Positions 60,177 through 64,000 of a DNA stretch of 64,000 nt are shown piece by piece. How positions within the stretch are numbered: the first letter of the stretch is position 1; every line of letters begins with the position of its first letter. Under the pieces are notes generated by a model. The model had not been told where the DNA came from, did not search any database, and worked only from the letters and a program-made list of their open reading frames with translations. This stretch comes from Oligoflexia bacterium (lineage in GTDB: Bacteria > Bdellovibrionota > UBA1018). The translations under genes and the position numbers were made by a program. The DNA lies in assembly GCA_014378465.1 (NCBI GenBank), contig JACMNQ010000075.1:64352-128351 (forward strand). The letters are read 5' to 3'.

Positions 60177-60977
60177 ATGAAGGCTTTTCTGCAATCTCCG
60201 GGTTTCGACTCATTCAAGAGAATCTCAGTCATCTGCTTGACGATCGTTGCGTTAATGACGGTCGGTATCGGTTTTTATAACGTCCTGCATTCACCGCTCT
60301 TCACGGTTCGAGTGGTGGAGGTTTCTGACCTCCCCGAAAATTCGCCTGTCGACGCTCAGGCCATCACGGATCTTGCGGCAGTGCCGGTCGATGTCACCAA
60401 TCTTTTTGATCTCGATCTGCACCGGATTGAAACGCGCATGCTCACGCATCCCTGGGTTCGTGAGGTGCTCATCTCCAAGCGCTTCCCGCAGACCGTATCC
60501 ATCACCGTGGTTTTCCGAGATCCCAAGGCTCTCATTCAGAAACCGAATGGGGACCTGTCCTATGTGGATTCGAACGGGATGATTTTCAGCAAGGTTAACT
60601 TGATGAGTCAGCCGGATCTGCCGGTCCTGACCGGCATTTCAAAGAATCATGAAGTTGCGAAGACCCAGGTTCTGAAAGCACTCCAGTTCCTGGCCGCATG
60701 GGATAAATCCAAGCTTGAACGAGTCTCTCAGATCTCCTCATTATCTTACGATACTGAACGCGGATTTCGGGCATTGGTGACTTATCCACTCGGAAGAGGG
60801 CGTGGACAGGGTCGTACGATGGTCCATTTGGGGCAAGAAATTGACGCTGACTTCGAAAATATGGCGGACAGACTTCGCCATGTATTCGCGTACTTAATCG
60901 ACAACGGGATCTCCGCCAAGCAGGTTTGGGCAGATTTAGGAAAAAAAGTTGTTGTCAAGATCGCCCGTAGTTCTTAG
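60177..60977 (+). CDS. ftsQ: Cell-division protein FtsQ (POTRA-containing)
   Basis: N-terminal TM helix then a POTRA-like segment ('FTVRVVEVSDLPENSP'). Sits immediately upstream of ftsA-ftsZ. Confidence 0.75.
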   Translation: MKAFLQSPGFDSFKRISVICLTIVALMTVGIGFYNVLHSPLFTVRVVEVSDLPENSPVDAQAITDLAAVPVDVTNLFDLDLHRIETRMLTHPWVREVLISKRFPQTVSITVVFRDPKALIQKPNGDLSYVDSNGMIFSKVNLMSQPDLPVLTGISKNHEVAKTQVLKALQFLAAWDKSKLERVSQISSLSYDTERGFRALVTYPLGRGRGQGRTMVHLGQEIDADFENMADRLRHVFAYLIDNGISAKQVWADLGKKVVVKIARSS

Positions 60978-61059
60978 AATTTCTTAGACGGCAAAAAATG
61001 CCTGCTAATTTCGGTGAGCCTACCGTGCTCCCCGGAGTCCCATGGGAGGGATTCTCTGT

Positions 61060-62286
61060 ATGTCCAAAAAGGACTTTGTAGTGGGTTTAGACATTGGAAC
61101 CACAAAAATTTGCTGCATTGTTGGTGAGATTGCCGAACACGGCATGATCGACATCATCGGTATCGGCACCGCCCCTTCAGTCGGGCTTCGCAAGGGCTGC
61201 GTGATCAACATCGACGCCACCGTCGAGAGCATCACCAAGGCCGTCGAAGAAGCTGAACTCATGGCTGGCGTTGAAATCTCGAATGTCTTCACCGGCATTG
61301 CGGGCGGCCATATCAAGTCATTCAATTCCACCGGCATCGTCGCCATCAAGGACAAGGAAATCACCGAGCAGGACGTTCAGCGCGTGATCGACGCCGCCAA
61401 GGCAGTGGCGATCCCTCTGGACCGCGAAGTGATTCACATCATGCCTCAGGAATACGTCATCGACAGTCAGGATGGGATCCGTGATCCGATCGGCATGACC
61501 GGCGTGCGCCTCGAAGGCAAAGTTCATATCGTGACCGGTGCTGTGTCGTCCGCTCAGAACATCATCAAGTGTGCGAACAAGGCGGGCTTGAATGTCTCGG
61601 AGATCTGCCTTGAGCCGATCGCTTCCGCTGAAGCGGTGCTTTCTCAGGATGAAAAGGACCTCGGAGTCGTGCTCATCGATATCGGAGGCGGCACCAGTGA
61701 CCTCGCGATCTTCCGTGAAGGCGCGATCGTCCATACGAGTGTTCTCCCGATCGGTGGCAACCACATCACCAACGACATCGCAGTCGGCCTCAGAACTCCC
61801 CAGGTTGAAGCTGAAAAGATCAAGATCCGCCATGGCTGCGCTCTCGCATCCCTCGTCAAGCCTGACGAGACGATCGAAGTCGCGGGTGTCGGTGGTCGCA
61901 AGCCCCGCGTGCTCTCGAGACGCCTGCTCGCTGAAATCATTGAACCACGCATCGAAGAGATCTTCTCTCTGATTCAGCGTGAGATCACGGCTTCCGGTTA
62001 TACCGAGCTTCTCTCTGGCGGCGTCGTGCTGACCGGCGGCGCAAGCCTGCTCGAAGGTATGCCTGAACTCGCGGAATTCATCTTTGAAATGCCCGTCAAG
62101 CGCGGCATTCCACAGAACATTGGAGGGTTGCGCGACGTCGTCAATTCACCAAAGTTTGCTACTGGTGTCGGCCTTCTGAAATACGGAGCTCGCCATGGCG
62201 TAAAAAGCAGATTCCAGATTCGTGACAAAAATATCTACGATAAAGTCCGTGGCTCAATGCGAACCTGGATCAAGGATTTATTTTAA
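61060..62286 (+). CDS. ftsA: Cell-division protein FtsA
   Basis: 'FVVGLDIGTTKICCIVGE', 'IDIGGGTSDLAIF' actin-fold motifs. GGGAGGG RBS 9 nt upstream of the ATG at 61060. Confidence 0.9.
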   Translation: MSKKDFVVGLDIGTTKICCIVGEIAEHGMIDIIGIGTAPSVGLRKGCVINIDATVESITKAVEEAELMAGVEISNVFTGIAGGHIKSFNSTGIVAIKDKEITEQDVQRVIDAAKAVAIPLDREVIHIMPQEYVIDSQDGIRDPIGMTGVRLEGKVHIVTGAVSSAQNIIKCANKAGLNVSEICLEPIASAEAVLSQDEKDLGVVLIDIGGGTSDLAIFREGAIVHTSVLPIGGNHITNDIAVGLRTPQVEAEKIKIRHGCALASLVKPDETIEVAGVGGRKPRVLSRRLLAEIIEPRIEEIFSLIQREITASGYTELLSGGVVLTGGASLLEGMPELAEFIFEMPVKRGIPQNIGGLRDVVNSPKFATGVGLLKYGARHGVKSRFQIRDKNIYDKVRGSMRTWIKDLF

Positions 62287-62398
62287 GAATCTGCTTTAAA
62301 TAGGGGAGCCGGGGCGACTGAAAGGAAACCCGGGCGAAATCAGTAACCACGAAGCGGGGCCGGAAACGGATCGCTTCATACAAGAAGAGGATCTTCTT

Positions 62399-63982
62399 AT
62401 GTTCGAAATAGACCAAGTCGCAAGCCACGGAGCCAAAATCAAAGTAATCGGCGTAGGCGGGAGCGGATGCAACGCGATCAACACCATGATTCGAATGGGA
62501 CTGAGCGGTGTTGAATTCATCACTGCCAATACCGATAAACAGGCTCTGGACGCATCCCTTGCTCCAACCAAAATTGCCATCGGTCAGGAACTGACCAAGG
62601 GACTTGGTGCCGGCGCCAATCCTGAAATCGGCCGTCAGGCCGCTCTCGAAGATTACGCGAAGATCTCGGAAATCCTCGCCGGTGCCGACATGGTGTTCAT
62701 CACCGCAGGCATGGGCGGCGGTACCGGAACCGGTGCTGCTCCGATCTTCGCCAAGATCGCTCGTGAAATCGGCGCCCTCACCGTGGGTGTGGTCACCAAG
62801 CCCTTTCAATTCGAAGGTCGCAAGCGCATGAAGCACGCCGATCAGGGCATGGCCTGGCTGCGTGAGAATGTCGATTCTCTCATCACCATTCCGAATCAGA
62901 GACTTCTCGCCATCTCCGGCGCGACTCTTTCGATGATGGATGCTTTCAAGAAAGCCGATGAAGTGCTTCTGAACGCAGTTCAAGGCATTTCTGATCTGAT
63001 CAATCACACCGGTCTGATCAACTCCGATTTCGCCGACGTCAAGACCATCATGGGCAACAAAGGCCTCGCTCTCATGGGTATCGGTTATGGAGAAGGTGAA
63101 CATCGCGCGGTTGAAGCTGCGACGACCGCCATTTCCAGCCCCCTCCTCGAAGACGTCTCGATCAACGGCGCGACCGGGATCATCATCAATATCACCGGCG
63201 GATCGAATCTCAAGATTCACGAAGTCAATGAAGCCACGACCCTCATCATGGAAGCCGCTCATGAAGATGCCGAAATCATTTTCGGTACCGTCATTGACGA
63301 GACCATGAAGGACCAGGTCAAGGTCACCGTCATCGCCACCGGACTCGGCGGCATGACTGCCTTCGCTCAGCCCCCAGCTCAGCAGTCTGTCATGAACAAC
63401 AACATGGCTCCTCCGGTGCCGAATGCCCAGATGCTCGCGCAGATGGCTCCTCAGCAGATGAACAATCCGGCTCAGTATGCTACCATGGCCGCAATGACGA
63501 ACTTGCAGCAGCAGGCCGCGCAACCGATGCAAAACGGTTATGCTCCTCAGCAGCAGGCTCCTCAGCAATACCAGCAGGCACCTCAGCAGCAGTACGCTCA
63601 GGCTCCGCAACAGTACCAACAACAACCACAGCAGCAGCAGTATGCTCAGCAGCCCCAGGTTCCTCAGTATCAGCAACAGACTCAGCAGCAGTATGCTCAG
63701 ACCCAACAGGCTCTGCAGCAGAATGCCGCTCCTGTCGCTCCCCAGGCTCCAGTCGACGCTCAAGCCGGTTTCGAAGAGTCGTACGAAGAGCAGGAAATGG
63801 CTCAGACTGCGGCAAATCCAGGCTTGAACGCCAAGACCCCGAACATGGGTGCTGGCGCTGAAGCAGGTGGCGAACTCGCTCGCGCCAGAGCCATCGCTCA
63901 GCGCCTCGGCATCACCAATCTGACTGATGACGAATACGATGTACCGACCTACATGCGTCGCCAGCAGGACCGTGAGTTCTGA
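62399..63982 (+). CDS. ftsZ: Tubulin-like GTPase FtsZ with a long Gln/Pro/Tyr-rich C-terminal linker and conserved C-terminal peptide
   Basis: '[11 protein letters not shown]', '[10 protein letters not shown]' (tubulin signature), and C-terminal '[13 protein letters not shown]'. Confidence 0.92.
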   Translation: MFEIDQVASHGAKIKVIGVGGSGCNAINTMIRMGLSGVEFITANTDKQALDASLAPTKIAIGQELTKGLGAGANPEIGRQAALEDYAKISEILAGADMVFITAGMGGGTGTGAAPIFAKIAREIGALTVGVVTKPFQFEGRKRMKHADQGMAWLRENVDSLITIPNQRLLAISGATLSMMDAFKKADEVLLNAVQGISDLINHTGLINSDFADVKTIMGNKGLALMGIGYGEGEHRAVEAATTAISSPLLEDVSINGATGIIINITGGSNLKIHEVNEATTLIMEAAHEDAEIIFGTVIDETMKDQVKVTVIATGLGGMTAFAQPPAQQSVMNNNMAPPVPNAQMLAQMAPQQMNNPAQYATMAAMTNLQQQAAQPMQNGYAPQQQAPQQYQQAPQQQYAQAPQQYQQQPQQQQYAQQPQVPQYQQQTQQQYAQTQQALQQNAAPVAPQAPVDAQAGFEESYEEQEMAQTAANPGLNAKTPNMGAGAEAGGELARARAIAQRLGITNLTDDEYDVPTYMRRQQDREF

Positions 63983-64000
63983 TCTGACCTGAATCGAGAT

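Noticed and set aside
62270-63763. 497-aa minus-strand ORF antisense to ftsZ
   Set aside because: Leu/Ser/Arg-rich low-complexity translation lying entirely within the strongly supported ftsZ gene. Typical GC-rich antisense shadow ORF.

Overview
This window is a gene-dense chromosomal segment with mostly housekeeping content. The gene mix (SpoVG, DUF1844, Flp pilin, PilZ proteins, MreB, a divergent dcw cluster) is suggestive of a Bdellovibrio-like or Oligoflexia-type organism, but this is unconfirmed. GC appears moderately high by eye; I did not compute it.

In order along the window:
- A 5'-truncated LysM protein.
- A MurNAc-salvage / peptidoglycan-recycling cluster (AmgK-like kinase, MurU-like uridylyltransferase, AnmK).
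- Several hypothetical membrane or lipoproteins, including two M48-like proteins with a degenerate zinc motif.
- htrA and clpB; clpB has a sigma32-like promoter.
- spoVG, then tRNA-Gln(UUG) with a bidirectional terminator.
- A roughly 2.8-kb islet of hypothetical Cys-rich lipoproteins plus a wHTH-nucleotidyltransferase and a terminal-Zn-ribbon protein.
- lspA-lgt-plsY and an ABC importer (BtuF/FecCD/FecE-like).
- An outer-membrane beta-barrel protein, galU, priA, lepB, an LptF/G-family permease, def-fmt-rpe, and the hutHUI operon.
- Thioredoxin-like and TlpA-like proteins, a PAP2-like protein, and an orphan Flp pilin followed by about 500 bp of non-coding DNA carrying a perfect 18-19 bp hairpin.
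- A minus-strand operon: nucleosidase-like, mreB, YcgR-like PilZ, queD, rlmE, RibD_C.
- A split class-A-PBP-like pair (monofunctional GT51 plus a separate transpeptidase), then dtd.
- An atypical dcw cluster: rsmH-ftsL-ftsI(PASTA)-murE-mraY-murD-ftsW-murG-[secreted hypothetical]-murC-murB, then an M16 peptidase pair on the opposite strand, then ftsQ-ftsA-ftsZ.

I found no CRISPR array, transposase, integrase or rRNA. The most notable oddities are:
- the tRNA-adjacent islet with the NTase/Zn-ribbon pair;
- the Flp-pilin-adjacent palindrome-rich non-coding region;
- mreB co-transcribed with a PilZ receptor;
- the split PBP;
- the non-canonical dcw cluster, including an ftsW with no canonical start codon upstream of its first TM helix.
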